64,000 nucleotides of DNA, taken from contig JADKHF010000006.1 of assembly GCA_016721865.1 (NCBI GenBank), positions 4,235 to 68,234 on the forward strand, given 5' to 3'. Both the position numbers and the translations under genes were made by a program. Numbering within the stretch: the first letter of the stretch is position 1; every line of letters starts with the position of its first letter. Of the stretch, positions 1 to 11,444 are shown one piece after another. The notes below the pieces were generated by a model. That model was not told the DNA's origin, did no database searches, and worked only from the letters and a program-made list of their open reading frames with translations. The stretch comes from Nitrosomonas sp. (lineage in GTDB: Bacteria; Pseudomonadota; Gammaproteobacteria; Burkholderiales; Nitrosomonadaceae).

Positions 1-516
<516 letters not shown>

Positions 517-557
517 ATATAACCAGCCGCATTCTTTGGTTCATATAACAGAATTGG

Positions 558-593
558 AAACTCAGGATCGCGATGTGTCGCACCTGAGTTTTT
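558..593 (+). terminator. Putative intrinsic terminator after adk
   Basis: aaactcagg...cctgagttt inverted repeat followed by a T run. Confidence 0.6.
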
Positions 594-656
594 GTGCGTA
601 CAGATGAGTAAACTACAAATAGTTTACTTACGATTTGATCAATTAGGAGAAAAAAT

Positions 657-1916
657 ATGGCAATTAAAAATGCATTTTATGCACAATCCGGGGGCGTTAC
701 GGCTGTTATCAACGCTTCTGCAGCAGGTGTTTTAGAAACAGCGCGTCAACACTCTGATAAAATTGGTAATGTTTATGCAGGCCGCAATGGGATTATTGGT
801 GCATTGACCGAAGATCTGATTGACACTAATGCTGATTCCGCTGCGGCGATCGCTGCACTGCGGCATACCCCATCAGGTGCTTTTGGATCTTGCCGCTACA
901 AATTAAAGAGCTTGGAGCAAAATCGACGCGAATACGAACGTCTGATCGAAGTATTCAAAGCGCATAATATTGGTTATTTCTTTTATAATGGCGGCGGTGA
1001 TTCTGCGGATACCTGTCTTAAGGTTTCACAATTATCCGACACGCTTGGCTATCCTCTTCAGGCGATTCACGTTCCAAAAACGGTTGACAACGATTTGCCA
1101 ATTACTGATTGTTGCCCTGGTTTTGGTTCTGTCGCCAAATATATTGCGGTATCCACACGCGAAGCGAGCTTTGATGTAGCCAGCATGGCTAAAACATCAA
1201 CTAAAGTTTTTGTGCTGGAGGTGATGGGGCGCCATGCAGGATGGATTGCCGCAGCAGGTGGATTGGCTTCAAGTCCAGATTGTGAGATTCCAATTATCAT
1301 CCTGTTTCCAGAAATTACATTCAACAAAGAAAAGTTTCTTGCCAAAGTGGACCGCTATGTCAAGGAATATGGATATTGCTCGGTTGTCGTATCAGAGGGT
1401 GTCAAGGGAGAAGATGGTAATTTTCTTTCCGATCAGGGACTGCGCGATGCCTTTGGGCATGCCCAACTAGGTGGCGTTGCACCGGTAGTAGCAAATATCA
1501 TCAAAGATGGTCTGGGATTGAAATATCATTGGGGTGTGGCTGATTATCTACAGCGTGCTGCGCGACACATTGCTTCTAAAACCGATGTGGAACAAGCTTA
1601 TGCAATGGGTAAAGCGGCAGTGGAATATGCTATAGCAGGACATAACTCAGTCATGCCAACGATAGTCCGTCAATCCAATGCACCTTATAGCTGGACGGTG
1701 GGCATGGCTAAACTTGCTAATGTGGCCAATGTCGAAAAAATGATGCCGTCTGATTATATCAGTGAAGATGGATTCGGTATCAGTCAGGCATGCCGCGAAT
1801 ATCTGGCGCCATTGATTGAAGTTGAAGATTATCCACCTTATAAGAATGGATTGCCTGACTATGTGCGGTTAAAAAATATAGCGGTTGAGAAGAAATTGGG
1901 GGAGTTCAAAATTTAA
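657..1916 (+). CDS. pfp: 6-phosphofructokinase, probably pyrophosphate-dependent
   Basis: QSGGVTAVINAS, GGGDS (Asp at the donor-specificity position), PKTVDND, EVMGRHAGW; AGGAG RBS. Confidence 0.9.
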   Translation: MAIKNAFYAQSGGVTAVINASAAGVLETARQHSDKIGNVYAGRNGIIGALTEDLIDTNADSAAAIAALRHTPSGAFGSCRYKLKSLEQNRREYERLIEVFKAHNIGYFFYNGGGDSADTCLKVSQLSDTLGYPLQAIHVPKTVDNDLPITDCCPGFGSVAKYIAVSTREASFDVASMAKTSTKVFVLEVMGRHAGWIAAAGGLASSPDCEIPIIILFPEITFNKEKFLAKVDRYVKEYGYCSVVVSEGVKGEDGNFLSDQGLRDAFGHAQLGGVAPVVANIIKDGLGLKYHWGVADYLQRAARHIASKTDVEQAYAMGKAAVEYAIAGHNSVMPTIVRQSNAPYSWTVGMAKLANVANVEKMMPSDYISEDGFGISQACREYLAPLIEVEDYPPYKNGLPDYVRLKNIAVEKKLGEFKI

Positions 1917-2150
1917 GGAATAATTTGGATTGAAACTGCTCGGGTGTTGTAATGGAGTCAAACAATATTACGCAAGTCATATAACAATCTAAATTTCATT
2001 AATATTTAATACATTCTAGGGGCAAGAACATATAAAATACGTCCTGAGTGTATTTAGGTTTTTGACAAGGAAAGTGTTTAATAATGTGGAATTAATTAGG
2101 CCAAGATTCCACATACGATTTTGATGGTCTGACTTTAATTGGAGTTCTTT

Positions 2151-4208
2151 ATGGCTAACGGTTTTATTATCGCAATAGGTAGCGCGATTATAGCCCTGAT
2201 ATTCAGTGGTATCTGGATTAGGGGAATTTATGTTCAATCAACTGGTAATCAGCGTATGCAGGAGATTGCTTCTGCTATTCAAGAGGGAGCATCTGCATAT
2301 CTTAAGCGCCAGTACATGACTATTGGTGCCGTGGGCGCAGTTCTATTTGTTGCGCTTGCAATTGCGATCAGTTGGGATACGGCCATTGGGTTTGCTTTGG
2401 GTGCAGTGCTCTCTGGTGCTGCCGGTTTTCTGGGTATGAATGTTTCAGTTCAATCGAACGTACGTACTGCGCAAGCTGCGACTGTTGGGTTGAATGAAGC
2501 GCTTGCTATTGCCTTCCGTGGCGGTGCTGTGACTGGGATGCTGGTGGTAGGTTTAGGCTTACTGGGTGTCGCCGGTTATTGTGCTACGTTATTTGATGGT
2601 GCTGACCCCAGTCAGCCGATTAGCGATGTGATTAAACCATTAATCGGTTTTGCATTTGGCGGATCTCTGATCTCTATTTTTGCTCGTTTGGGTGGTGGTA
2701 TTTTCACTAAAGGAGCTGACGTGGGCGCTGATCTGGTTGGAAAAGTTGAAGCAGGTATTCCAGAAGATGATCCACGTAATCCAGCGGTTATTGCCGATAA
2801 TGTGGGTGATAATGTGGGTGACTGCGCAGGTATGGCTGCTGATCTGTTTGAAACCTACGCGGTAACAATCATCGCTACCATGATCCTGGGTGCGCTACTA
2901 TTTTCAGCGAATACCATTGACGCTGTGATTTATCCATTAATGTTAGGTGCCGTTTCCATCATCGCATCAATTATTGGTTGCTACTATGTCAAGATGCGTG
3001 AAGGTGGCAAGATTATGAATGCACTCTATCGTGGCTTGGCAGTAGCTGGCGGTATTGCTTTATTTGCTTATCTTCCTGTTACTGTTTGGTTCATGGGCGA
3101 TATGTCTCTTGATATTGATGGAACTGAAGTAGCTGGTGGCATGCTGGTTATGCGTATATTCCTGGCCGCAACAATTGGGCTGGTGCTTACAGGGCTTATG
3201 GTTGTCATTACTGAGTACTACACTTCAACGGATTATCCACCCGTTCAGCATGTTGCTGAAGCATCAACCACTGGTCATGCAACTAATATTATCGCTGGTT
3301 TGGGTGTTTCAATGCGTTCAACTGCAGCACCTGTATTGGCTGTCTGCATCAGTATTTTGTTGGCCTATTCACTAGCAGGCTTGTACGGTATTGCTATCGC
3401 TGCAACAGCGATGTTATCCATGACGGGTATTATTGTGGCGTTGGATGCGTATGGTCCAATTACTGATAATGCGGGCGGTATTGCCGAAATGTCTGAAATG
3501 CCAGATTCAGTTCGCGCTATAACTGATCCACTGGATGCTGTTGGCAATACAACCAAAGCAGTTACCAAGGGTTATGCAATTGGTTCAGCCGGTTTAGCCG
3601 CTTTGGTATTATTTGCTGATTATACGCATGCACTGGAACATGCCGGGCATGCAATAACCTTTGATTTATCCAATCACATGGTCATTATCGGCCTGTTTAT
3701 CGGCGGTATGATTCCTTATTTATTTGGTGCCATGTCGATGGAAGCTGTAGGACGTGCCGCAAGCTCCGTGGTTATTGAAGTGCGTCGTCAGTTCAAAGAA
3801 ATTCCTGGCATTATGGAAGGTACAGCCAAGCCTGATTATTCGCGTGCAGTGGATATGCTGACCCAAGCAGCTATCAAGGAAATGATGATTCCCTCATTAT
3901 TGCCTGTACTGATTCCGCTCTTAGTGGGTGTGATTCTTGGACCACAAGCTTTAGGCGGTGTATTGATGGGTTCTATCGTAACCGGTCTGTTTGTTGCAAT
4001 TTCCATGACAACAGGTGGCGGTGCTTGGGATAACGCGAAGAAATATATCGAAGATGGACACTATGGCGGCAAAGGTAGTGACGCTCACAAAGCATCAGTA
4101 ACCGGTGATACAGTCGGTGATCCTTATAAAGACACCGCGGGTCCAGCGATTAACCCGCTGATCAAGATCATTAACATTGTGGCATTATTGATTATACCGC
4201 TCTTGTAA
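2151..4208 (+). CDS. hppA: Membrane H+-translocating pyrophosphatase, K+-independent type
   Basis: [26 protein letters not shown] (Lys = K+-independent), [10 protein letters not shown]; many TM helices; GGAG RBS before ATG 2151. Confidence 0.95.
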   Translation: MANGFIIAIGSAIIALIFSGIWIRGIYVQSTGNQRMQEIASAIQEGASAYLKRQYMTIGAVGAVLFVALAIAISWDTAIGFALGAVLSGAAGFLGMNVSVQSNVRTAQAATVGLNEALAIAFRGGAVTGMLVVGLGLLGVAGYCATLFDGADPSQPISDVIKPLIGFAFGGSLISIFARLGGGIFTKGADVGADLVGKVEAGIPEDDPRNPAVIADNVGDNVGDCAGMAADLFETYAVTIIATMILGALLFSANTIDAVIYPLMLGAVSIIASIIGCYYVKMREGGKIMNALYRGLAVAGGIALFAYLPVTVWFMGDMSLDIDGTEVAGGMLVMRIFLAATIGLVLTGLMVVITEYYTSTDYPPVQHVAEASTTGHATNIIAGLGVSMRSTAAPVLAVCISILLAYSLAGLYGIAIAATAMLSMTGIIVALDAYGPITDNAGGIAEMSEMPDSVRAITDPLDAVGNTTKAVTKGYAIGSAGLAALVLFADYTHALEHAGHAITFDLSNHMVIIGLFIGGMIPYLFGAMSMEAVGRAASSVVIEVRRQFKEIPGIMEGTAKPDYSRAVDMLTQAAIKEMMIPSLLPVLIPLLVGVILGPQALGGVLMGSIVTGLFVAISMTTGGGAWDNAKKYIEDGHYGGKGSDAHKASVTGDTVGDPYKDTAGPAINPLIKIINIVALLIIPLL

Positions 4209-4227
4209 ATAAGTTTTTAGGTTAGTT

Positions 4228-4263
4228 AAAAAAGCACACCATGAAACTGGTGTGCTTTTTTTT
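4228..4263. terminator. Bidirectional intrinsic terminator
   Basis: A6-gcacacca-loop-tggtgtgc-T8 between convergent genes. Confidence 0.85.
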
Positions 4264-4430
4264 GATGCAATTTTCTTGGAATACAAATTTCCACTCGCTT
4301 ACTCAACCATCTCTGTTAACTTTGCTACATTGAGAATATGCTATTCATGATCTTTGCTCAGAATCTAAATTTTGTCTTTCCATGACTACTATTGAGCGCA
4401 CCCATGTTTGAATACTGGCAGGATCAATTT

Positions 4431-6520
4431 TCAAAACACACCTCTAACTCCTGCAACAATAGCCCGCCCTGGCAAGGGTGCGAAATTCTTCAAGAAAGAA
4501 GTGTGAACGCGCATTTCTTCATCCAATAAATTTCTGCCCTGCAGGAAAAGTCTATAGTTCATGGATTTAGCAAGTTTCATGTGATAACCCATTTCCACAT
4601 TCATCAGGGTATAGCCAGAGGTTTCGGTTTCCAATGCAGCCACACGATCCTGGCGTGTCACACGTGTAAGGTTAAAATTGGCTATCCATGCATTTTTCTT
4701 GTAGTCCAGATCAAAACCAAAACGTTGCGGTGTCAAACGCGGGATATTGCCGTTATCTTTCAGCTTGCCATAGACGATATCGGTAAATAGCCGCAAATTC
4801 AGCATATCGGGTAATAGTGTCACAATGGCCTCAGATTCCAGTCCGTAAAATTTTGCACGGGTTTGCGCATAATCCTGAACCAGAAAAAAGCCGTTCGTAT
4901 CCAATACACCTTCGTCATTAACTCTATCCGCTAAGCCATCACCATTGTTGTCAAGAAATTTCGGGAAAATATAATCATTGTTATTGTTATAGAATATATT
5001 AACTTTTCCTGTAATAATGCCTTCAGTTTTTTGCAACGCAATATCAAAGTTATTGGAAGTTTCTTTTCTCAGAGTTTGATTGCCCTGATCATAAGTGCTG
5101 GTAGCCACATGAATGCCACTTGCATAGAGTACGACAGTACTTGGTGCGCGTTGTCCGCGTGTGGCGGTTAGATCCATTTGATAACCATCCATGAATTTCC
5201 AGGCGCCACCGGTGGAGACGCTATACAGGTTAAAGTCACGGTTTTGAAGCAATGTTGCTTGCGGGTTATGTGTAGTATGTTCAATACGCCCCCCCACTTC
5301 AAACTGCCAACGTTGCCAATCACGCTTTTCAAGCATAAATAATCCGACTGATTGCGATAAACTGGGTGGTACGAAAGCTTCTTCACCTTTTGCGGAAAAT
5401 TTACGATTTTGTAATTGAATCCCCATTACACCTTGCCATTTAGCAATGGGCGAATGTAGTAACTCGGCGCGGCCATCTATTTCATCATTTTTAAATCGAG
5501 TTGCAATTTCACCGCTCTGCTCAAGCTCATTATGCTTGTAATCGTTATAACTAAACCGCATTTTGAGTTGTTGGAATCCTTTTAACGGATTATCCAGATC
5601 ACCGGCCAAACCATAGCGAGTCTGACCCATATCAATTCTTGCTCCTTCAGGGGTTGGAATGCCATACAAATTATCTAATCTTGAGATAGACATACCCATA
5701 AAGCCACGCTCACCAATATAAGAACTACCTACGGATAAATTACTGGAATCAATTGCACTGTTTCTGACAAAACCGGCCTCACTATTGGGATCATTCACGA
5801 TTGCGCGACCTGGAATATGGATGTCATTGGTTATTCTTTTGGCACCTTCGATATTCCAGGACATTTACCCAGGCTTCCCGATGCATTAAGTGCACCGGCA
5901 CGCTCTTCCATAGCAGAATTGAAGCGCCCTTCGAAGTTGGCTTGTGGTGCCTTAAACACACGATCAGGAATACGTTCATTTAAAACATTAACTACACCAC
6001 CCGATACGCCGCTACCATACAACAACGTGGATGGTCCGCGGAGAATTTCTATGCGGGAAGCATTCAGGGTTTCTGTTGCTACTGCATGATCTGGACTGAT
6101 AATTGAAAGATCGCCAGTAACAAGGCTGTTTTCTAGCACCTGAACACGTGTCCCATCTTGTCCTCTAATAATCGGACGACCAGCACCTGGTCCAAAGCTG
6201 CTTGAACCAACGCCCAGTTCATGAGATAGCGTATCACCCAAATTACTTTCACGATTTCGACGTAGGCGATCCCCTTGTAATACATTATCAGCCTTGAATC
6301 CTGTCGATTCACTTGAACTTCCGGAAGGCGCAGTAATAACAACGCTCGGTAGCTCAATGTTTTTGCTCGCACTTTGTGCGTGAATATCAGGTATATTCAT
6401 CAGGAAAAATAACAGGATAAGAGGCGCTAGTTTAAATAAACACCCCTTACCTGGCCAATTTATTTTATATAAATTGCAATCAGAATTAGTCATATAGCTT
6501 TCCCGACTTAGAATTGGCAT
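4431..6520 (-). CDS. TonB-dependent receptor, ZnuD-like (frameshift near 5865 joins ORFs 5831-6520 and 4431-5864)
   Basis: Plug motifs FGPGAGRPIIRG, SPDHAV, IEILRGPSTLLYGSG; C-terminal NLLDE..RVHTSFLK..APLPGR..GVRGVF ending in Phe. Confidence 0.85.
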
Positions 6521-6628
6521 TTGTTATGCAACTCAGTGGAATGAATGAAGCTAATCATTCATTGAGATAAAAATAGGTCAGGACAATCAATGGATTATCC
6601 AAGATCTGATTCAGATTAAGCTTAAATG

Positions 6629-6949
6629 CTAGGAAAAGGGTGGCGGAGCGTGCGAATAATAAGGAAAGTATTTATTGTCAGAATGGAGTCTGGCCGTCAG
6701 TAATGATTGCTGCACATGTGACGCTGAATCACTCAGTGAAAGTCCTGAAGTGATCAAAATGATGGTTAGTGATGTAAGCGCAAGACAATCAAAGCAGATT
6801 TCATCAAGAATGGCGTCATCATCATCTTCTATTTCATCGACATTCAGCACATCGATCTGCGAAAAATGCGTAAAAGTGTGCGCCATCGAAAAGATCGGCA
6901 CAGACAATAATGCTAACGTCAAAATCAGAAATAAGCTTTTGCGTATCAT
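6629..6949 (-). CDS. DUF2946-like (CruR-like) small protein with CxxC and C-terminal HAPP
   Basis: Signal/TM N-terminus, AHTFTH, acidic linker, CFDC, ends YYSHAPPPFS; lies directly upstream of the TonB receptor. Confidence 0.7.
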   Translation of the reverse strand: MIRKSLFLILTLALLSVPIFSMAHTFTHFSQIDVLNVDEIEDDDDAILDEICFDCLALTSLTIILITSGLSLSDSASHVQQSLLTARLHSDNKYFPYYSHAPPPFS

Positions 6950-7018
6950 TGAGAATTCAAACTTATTTTGTAATCATAGAAGATCACACGACCTTTTATG
7001 CTTTGTAATGTGAATTTC

Positions 7019-7447
7019 TTAACAGCAATCTGCACAGAGGCCTTTTACCGTTAACTCAATTTCTTGAAATCGATAACCGATCGGTAAAGGCCAGCTTTGA
7101 TCAATCGGCAAATCACTCAGGCAGATCATTTGCGCACAACGAGTACATTTGAAATGTGCATGTTGATGCGAATGCAATTCCCGGTTGGCATGATAACGCC
7201 AGACCCGGTCATCACTGGTTACTTTGTGGATCAGATTTTTTCCGGCAAGCCATTCGAGCGCGCGATATAAAGTTACTCGATCCAATTGCAATGCTTCCGG
7301 GTAACGCTGTTCAATTTCCCGGTGCGTGATTGCTTGTTGTTCCGCCAGTAAAATGGCCAGTATTCCAATTCTGCCTGCCGTTGCCCGTCCGCCGCTGTGC
7401 CGGATCAACTCTTCAGCGGTAGTGTGAAACTCATTAAACATACTCAA
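7019..7447 (-). CDS. Fur-family regulator, likely Zur
   Basis: DRVTLYRAL HTH, HSHQHAHFKCTRC and C-terminal CADC; adjacent to a ZnuD-like receptor. Confidence 0.85.
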   Translation of the reverse strand: MSMFNEFHTTAEELIRHSGGRATAGRIGILAILLAEQQAITHREIEQRYPEALQLDRVTLYRALEWLAGKNLIHKVTSDDRVWRYHANRELHSHQHAHFKCTRCAQMICLSDLPIDQSWPLPIGYRFQEIELTVKGLCADCC

Positions 7448-7453
7448 ATAAAC

Positions 7454-7499
7454 GCAACAATGTTGCAGTTATTGTAATCAAATGTTTTGCTCGATGCAA
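7454..7499 (-). promoter_or_regulatory. Sigma70-like promoter with overlapping palindromic operator (putative Zur box)
   Basis: Minus strand: TTGCAT (7499-7494), 17 nt spacer, TACAAT (7476-7471); palindrome GCAAC-aat-GTTGC at 7454-7466. Confidence 0.6.
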
Positions 7500-8041
7500 C
7501 AATCAATTTCTGTTTCACAAGGTATTTTTCGAAGAAGCGGTGTAGTTATACATACACCTGATTGAGACAAATCCCTTGTGGAATCAAGAGACAAATGAGG
7601 GTGTGTGCAATTCATGCAATATCCGGGTTAAGTTCTCTTTAAAATTCTATCCGCCGACACTCAATCGCTTTCAGTCTTATATGCTGAAATGGCTGGAGAT
7701 CGAACATCGGGTGATGCAATTGATTCGAAACAATCACAGGCAAAACCAGGTGTTTTTTATTGGTATTGACGTGGCGCTGAAACAGGAAGCGGTTCTAAAA
7801 AACATGATCGAATTGCCGCGCAAGGCATTTTAAACACGAATTTCGGGCGATTGTGTGCTATCTGCCTTATTGTTATAAACAACTGTTGCAGGCTAAAGCC
7901 CTTATCACGATTGTAATAGATTCCCTGAAATGAATCAGTTGATGGCAATTGGGCAGCAATAGCCGCTTACTTCTTGTGGTTTTAACAAGATTTCGCAAAA
8001 CCTATGCCCGAATCGAATGTCTCATTGGTTAATGCTTTACA

Positions 8042-9571
8042 ATGCCTGACTTGACGGATAATGCCCTACTTAATGGATATGATATGGCACTGAAAACAAA
8101 CACAAAGCCTGCGAACGATCGCATTGGCTGGCGGTTTGATAACAGCTATGCGCGTTTGCCCCAATCGTTCTACGCGCAGCTTCACCCAGTGCCAGTGCGT
8201 GCGCCGCAAGTGGGAATATTAAATCATGCGCTTGCAGAATCGCTGGGATTGGATTTCTGCACGCTATCCGAGGAAGAAGCCGCTTTGCTGTTTTCCGGCA
8301 ATGCATTGCCAGACTCGATGCAACCGATTGCACAAGCCTATGCCGGCCATCAGTTCGGTAACTTTACGATGCTCGGTGATGGGCGGGCGATATTACTTGG
8401 CGAACATCTCACCCCGGCAGGTAAGCGGTATGATATTCAGCTAAAAGGCTCTGGCCAGACGCCGTTTTCACGGCATGGTGATGGCCGTGCGGCGCTTGCA
8501 CCGATGCTGCGCGAATATATCATCAGCGAGGCGATGCATGCGCTTGATATACCCACCACGCGCAGTCTTGCTGTTGTGACCACCGGCGAGTCTGTGATGC
8601 GAGAAACCATGCTCCCCGGCGCGATTCTTACTCGCGTAGCTGCCAGTCATATTCGTGTGGGTACATTTGAATATGTCGCGAGAACTGGGGATAAAGCGGG
8701 AATTAAAACCCTAACTGATTATGTTATCCAGCGCCATTACCCGGGTCTTAGTGAAGCAGAAAACCCCTATCTTGCGCTCTTAAATAGAGTGATTGAACGC
8801 CAGGCATCGCTCGTAGCGAAGTGGTTACTGGTTGGTTTCATTCATGGCGTGATGAATACCGATAATATGGCCATTAGCGGCGAGACGATTGATTATGGTC
8901 CTTGTGCATTTATGGATGCGTACGATCCGGATACGGTATTCAGCTCAATCGACTATCATGGCCGTTATAGTTACAGCAACCAGCCGCACATGGCGCAATG
9001 GAACCTCACACGCTTTGCCGAAACATTGCTGCCGCTCATCCACCCCGAGCAGGAAAAAGCAGTGGCGTTAGCGGAACAAGCCATTCATGCTTTCCCGGAG
9101 ATATACCAAGCCCACTGGATCGCGGGAATGCAGAAAAAATTGGGGTTTTTCACAGAAGACGCTGGGGATACCGAGCTCATTGCAGATCTGCTTACCTGGA
9201 TGTACAAGCACAAGGCCGATTACACCAGAAGCTTCCATGCACTGGCTTCCGAAGACTTTCCCAAAGATGCCGTGTTTCAAGACGCCGAATATGTTGAATG
9301 GCATGCACGCTGGCAGGCAAGACTATCGATCCAATCTGAACCCAGCGCGTCTGCATTGTGTTTAATGCGGGCGAACAACCCTGCAATCATACCGCGCAAC
9401 CACCGCGTTGAAGAGGCGCTGGCAGCGGCCTCTGAACGAGGCGATTACTCGCTAATGCATCGGCTGCTTGCGGCAGTGACAAACCCATACACCGATGCAC
9501 CGGAATATAGTGATTACTGCACTCCACCGGCACCTTCAGAAGGTGTGTATCAAACCTTTTGCGGAACGTGA
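8042..9571 (+). CDS. selO: Protein adenylyltransferase SelO/YdiU (start may be ATG 8084)
   Basis: YAGHQFG, LGDGRA, QLKGSG, HGVMNTDN, IDYGP, C-terminal TFCGT. Confidence 0.95.
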   Translation: MPDLTDNALLNGYDMALKTNTKPANDRIGWRFDNSYARLPQSFYAQLHPVPVRAPQVGILNHALAESLGLDFCTLSEEEAALLFSGNALPDSMQPIAQAYAGHQFGNFTMLGDGRAILLGEHLTPAGKRYDIQLKGSGQTPFSRHGDGRAALAPMLREYIISEAMHALDIPTTRSLAVVTTGESVMRETMLPGAILTRVAASHIRVGTFEYVARTGDKAGIKTLTDYVIQRHYPGLSEAENPYLALLNRVIERQASLVAKWLLVGFIHGVMNTDNMAISGETIDYGPCAFMDAYDPDTVFSSIDYHGRYSYSNQPHMAQWNLTRFAETLLPLIHPEQEKAVALAEQAIHAFPEIYQAHWIAGMQKKLGFFTEDAGDTELIADLLTWMYKHKADYTRSFHALASEDFPKDAVFQDAEYVEWHARWQARLSIQSEPSASALCLMRANNPAIIPRNHRVEEALAAASERGDYSLMHRLLAAVTNPYTDAPEYSDYCTPPAPSEGVYQTFCGT

Positions 9572-9608
9572 TTTTGTACGCAACAATTCTGGATCAACGC
9601 TACAAGGA

Positions 9609-9643
9609 CAAAGGCGCAATTATTAAAAATAATTGCGCCTTTG
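9609..9643. terminator. Hairpin between convergent selO and pntB
   Basis: caaaggcgcaattatt / aataattgcgcctttg, perfect 16-bp inverted repeat. Confidence 0.75.
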
Positions 9644-9670
9644 CTGTTTGAATAAAAACCTTTCAGTGCG

Positions 9671-11056
9671 TCACAGCGCTTTGACCAAATGCTCAACAAC
9701 TTTCTTGGCATCTCCAAATATCATCATGGTTTTATCCATATAGAATAGGTCGTTATCAAGGCCGGCATAACCCACAGCCATACTGCGTTTAACCACCATA
9801 ACGGTACGCGCTTTATGCGCATCCAATATTGGCATACCATAAATTGGGCTGCCTGGAACATTTGCTGCTGGATTTACCACATCATTTGCACCCAACACCA
9901 ACACAACATCTGTGTTTGAAAAGTCGCTGTTAATTTCATCCATTTCCAGGACCTGTTCATAAGGTATCTCAGCTTCTGCCAGCAACACATTCATGTGCCC
10001 CGGCATACGTCCAGCTACCGGATGAATCGCGAAGCGTACATTAACCCCTTTTTCATGCAGTATCTCAGCCAATTCCTTGACAGCATGCTGCGCCCTTGCA
10101 ACGGCCAAACCATAACCAGGAACAATTATGACACTATCGGCATTGCCCATTAAGAAAGCTGCATCTTCCGCACTGCCGCTCCGGTATGTCTTCTGTACAC
10201 CACCATCATCTGCTGCGGCTGCGGTTCCGCCATCACTGCCAAAACCACCCAATATAACCGATAGAAATGGCCGATTCATCGCTTTACACATGATATAGGA
10301 GAGAATTGCACCCGAACTGCCTACCAGTGATCCTGCGATAATCAGCATTGGATTACCCAGAGAAAAACCAATACCCGCTGCAGCCCAGCCAGAATACGAG
10401 TTAAGCATGGATATCACTACTGGCATATCAGCGCCGCCAATAGGAACAATAATCAGGAATCCCAAGATAAAAGCAATTGCGGTCATTGCAATAAACGCGT
10501 TCCAGTTTGTTGTTTCACTAAAGAAAAACCACAGACCAAATCCGATCATGATGATTGCCAGCAGCAGATTAATCATATGCTGACCGCTGAAAACAATCGG
10601 GGTGCCGCTCATGCGGCCGGATAACTTCAGAAACGCGATCACTGAACCCGACCATGTCATGGCACCAATAAAGGTGCCCAGGAACAATTCCAGTTTACTG
10701 CCACCGGAGAGAATCTCTGGCAAACCGAATGAAACCGGATTATTAACCGCTGCAATCGCAATAAACACGGCGGCTAAACCAACCAATGAGTGCATAAACG
10801 CAACCAGTTCCGGCATTGCTGTCATCTGCACACGCTGCGCAACAAGCGCGCCAATAATGCCACCCACTGCAATACATCCTAAAATCAGAGGCCAGTTCTG
10901 GGTAAGCGTCAAGGTTGTGGCAACCGCGATTGCCATACCAACCATACCGAATAAATTTCCACGGCGTGCAGATTCAGGCGAGCTTAGCCCTTTTAGTGCC
11001 AGTATAAAAAATACTGAAGCCACTAAATATGCAAGTGCTACCATATTTGCTGACAT
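9671..11056 (-). CDS. pntB: NAD(P) transhydrogenase beta subunit
   Basis: GGADMPVVISMLNSYSG, PGYGLAVA, HPVAGRMPGHMNVLLAEA, GANDVVNP. Confidence 0.97.
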   Translation of the reverse strand: MSANMVALAYLVASVFFILALKGLSSPESARRGNLFGMVGMAIAVATTLTLTQNWPLILGCIAVGGIIGALVAQRVQMTAMPELVAFMHSLVGLAAVFIAIAAVNNPVSFGLPEILSGGSKLELFLGTFIGAMTWSGSVIAFLKLSGRMSGTPIVFSGQHMINLLLAIIMIGFGLWFFFSETTNWNAFIAMTAIAFILGFLIIVPIGGADMPVVISMLNSYSGWAAAGIGFSLGNPMLIIAGSLVGSSGAILSYIMCKAMNRPFLSVILGGFGSDGGTAAAADDGGVQKTYRSGSAEDAAFLMGNADSVIIVPGYGLAVARAQHAVKELAEILHEKGVNVRFAIHPVAGRMPGHMNVLLAEAEIPYEQVLEMDEINSDFSNTDVVLVLGANDVVNPAANVPGSPIYGMPILDAHKARTVMVVKRSMAVGYAGLDNDLFYMDKTMMIFGDAKKVVEHLVKAL

Positions 11057-11365
11057 TTACGCGTTTCCTTTTTTGTCTTTTTTCTTGAACATTTCCAGCA
11101 TGCGCTGACTTACCAGAAATCCACCAAAAACATTAATTGAAGCCAGTGTTACCGCAACAGCACCGAGCCACACCCCCCAATCCGTCTCAGCCGGCCCAGC
11201 CGCTAACATCGCGCCCACAAGAATAATGCCAGAAATAGCGTTAGTCACTGACATCAAAGGTGTATGCAAAGCTGGAGTGACATTCCATACAACATGATAG
11301 CCAACAAAAATCGCCAGCACAAAAACTGTTAGATTGATAATAAATGGATCAATTTCACCAATCAT
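11057..11365 (-). CDS. pntA: NAD(P) transhydrogenase alpha subunit part 2 (membrane)
   Basis: [34 protein letters not shown]. Confidence 0.95.
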   Translation of the reverse strand: MIGEIDPFIINLTVFVLAIFVGYHVVWNVTPALHTPLMSVTNAISGIILVGAMLAAGPAETDWGVWLGAVAVTLASINVFGGFLVSQRMLEMFKKKDKKGNA

Positions 11366-11444
11366 GATTACTCCTTTAAAATTCGTTAACCGTACGTTCT
11401 ACACGTAGCAATTGATATTGCGTGTTTATTGAGCTCGGTGTCGA

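Noticed and set aside
7576-7833. 85-aa ORF divergent from the Zur-like gene; RQNQVFFIGID faintly recalls a COG0523 C-terminus or an IS110 start
   Set aside because: TTG start, no clear RBS and no other family motifs; similarity too short to support a call
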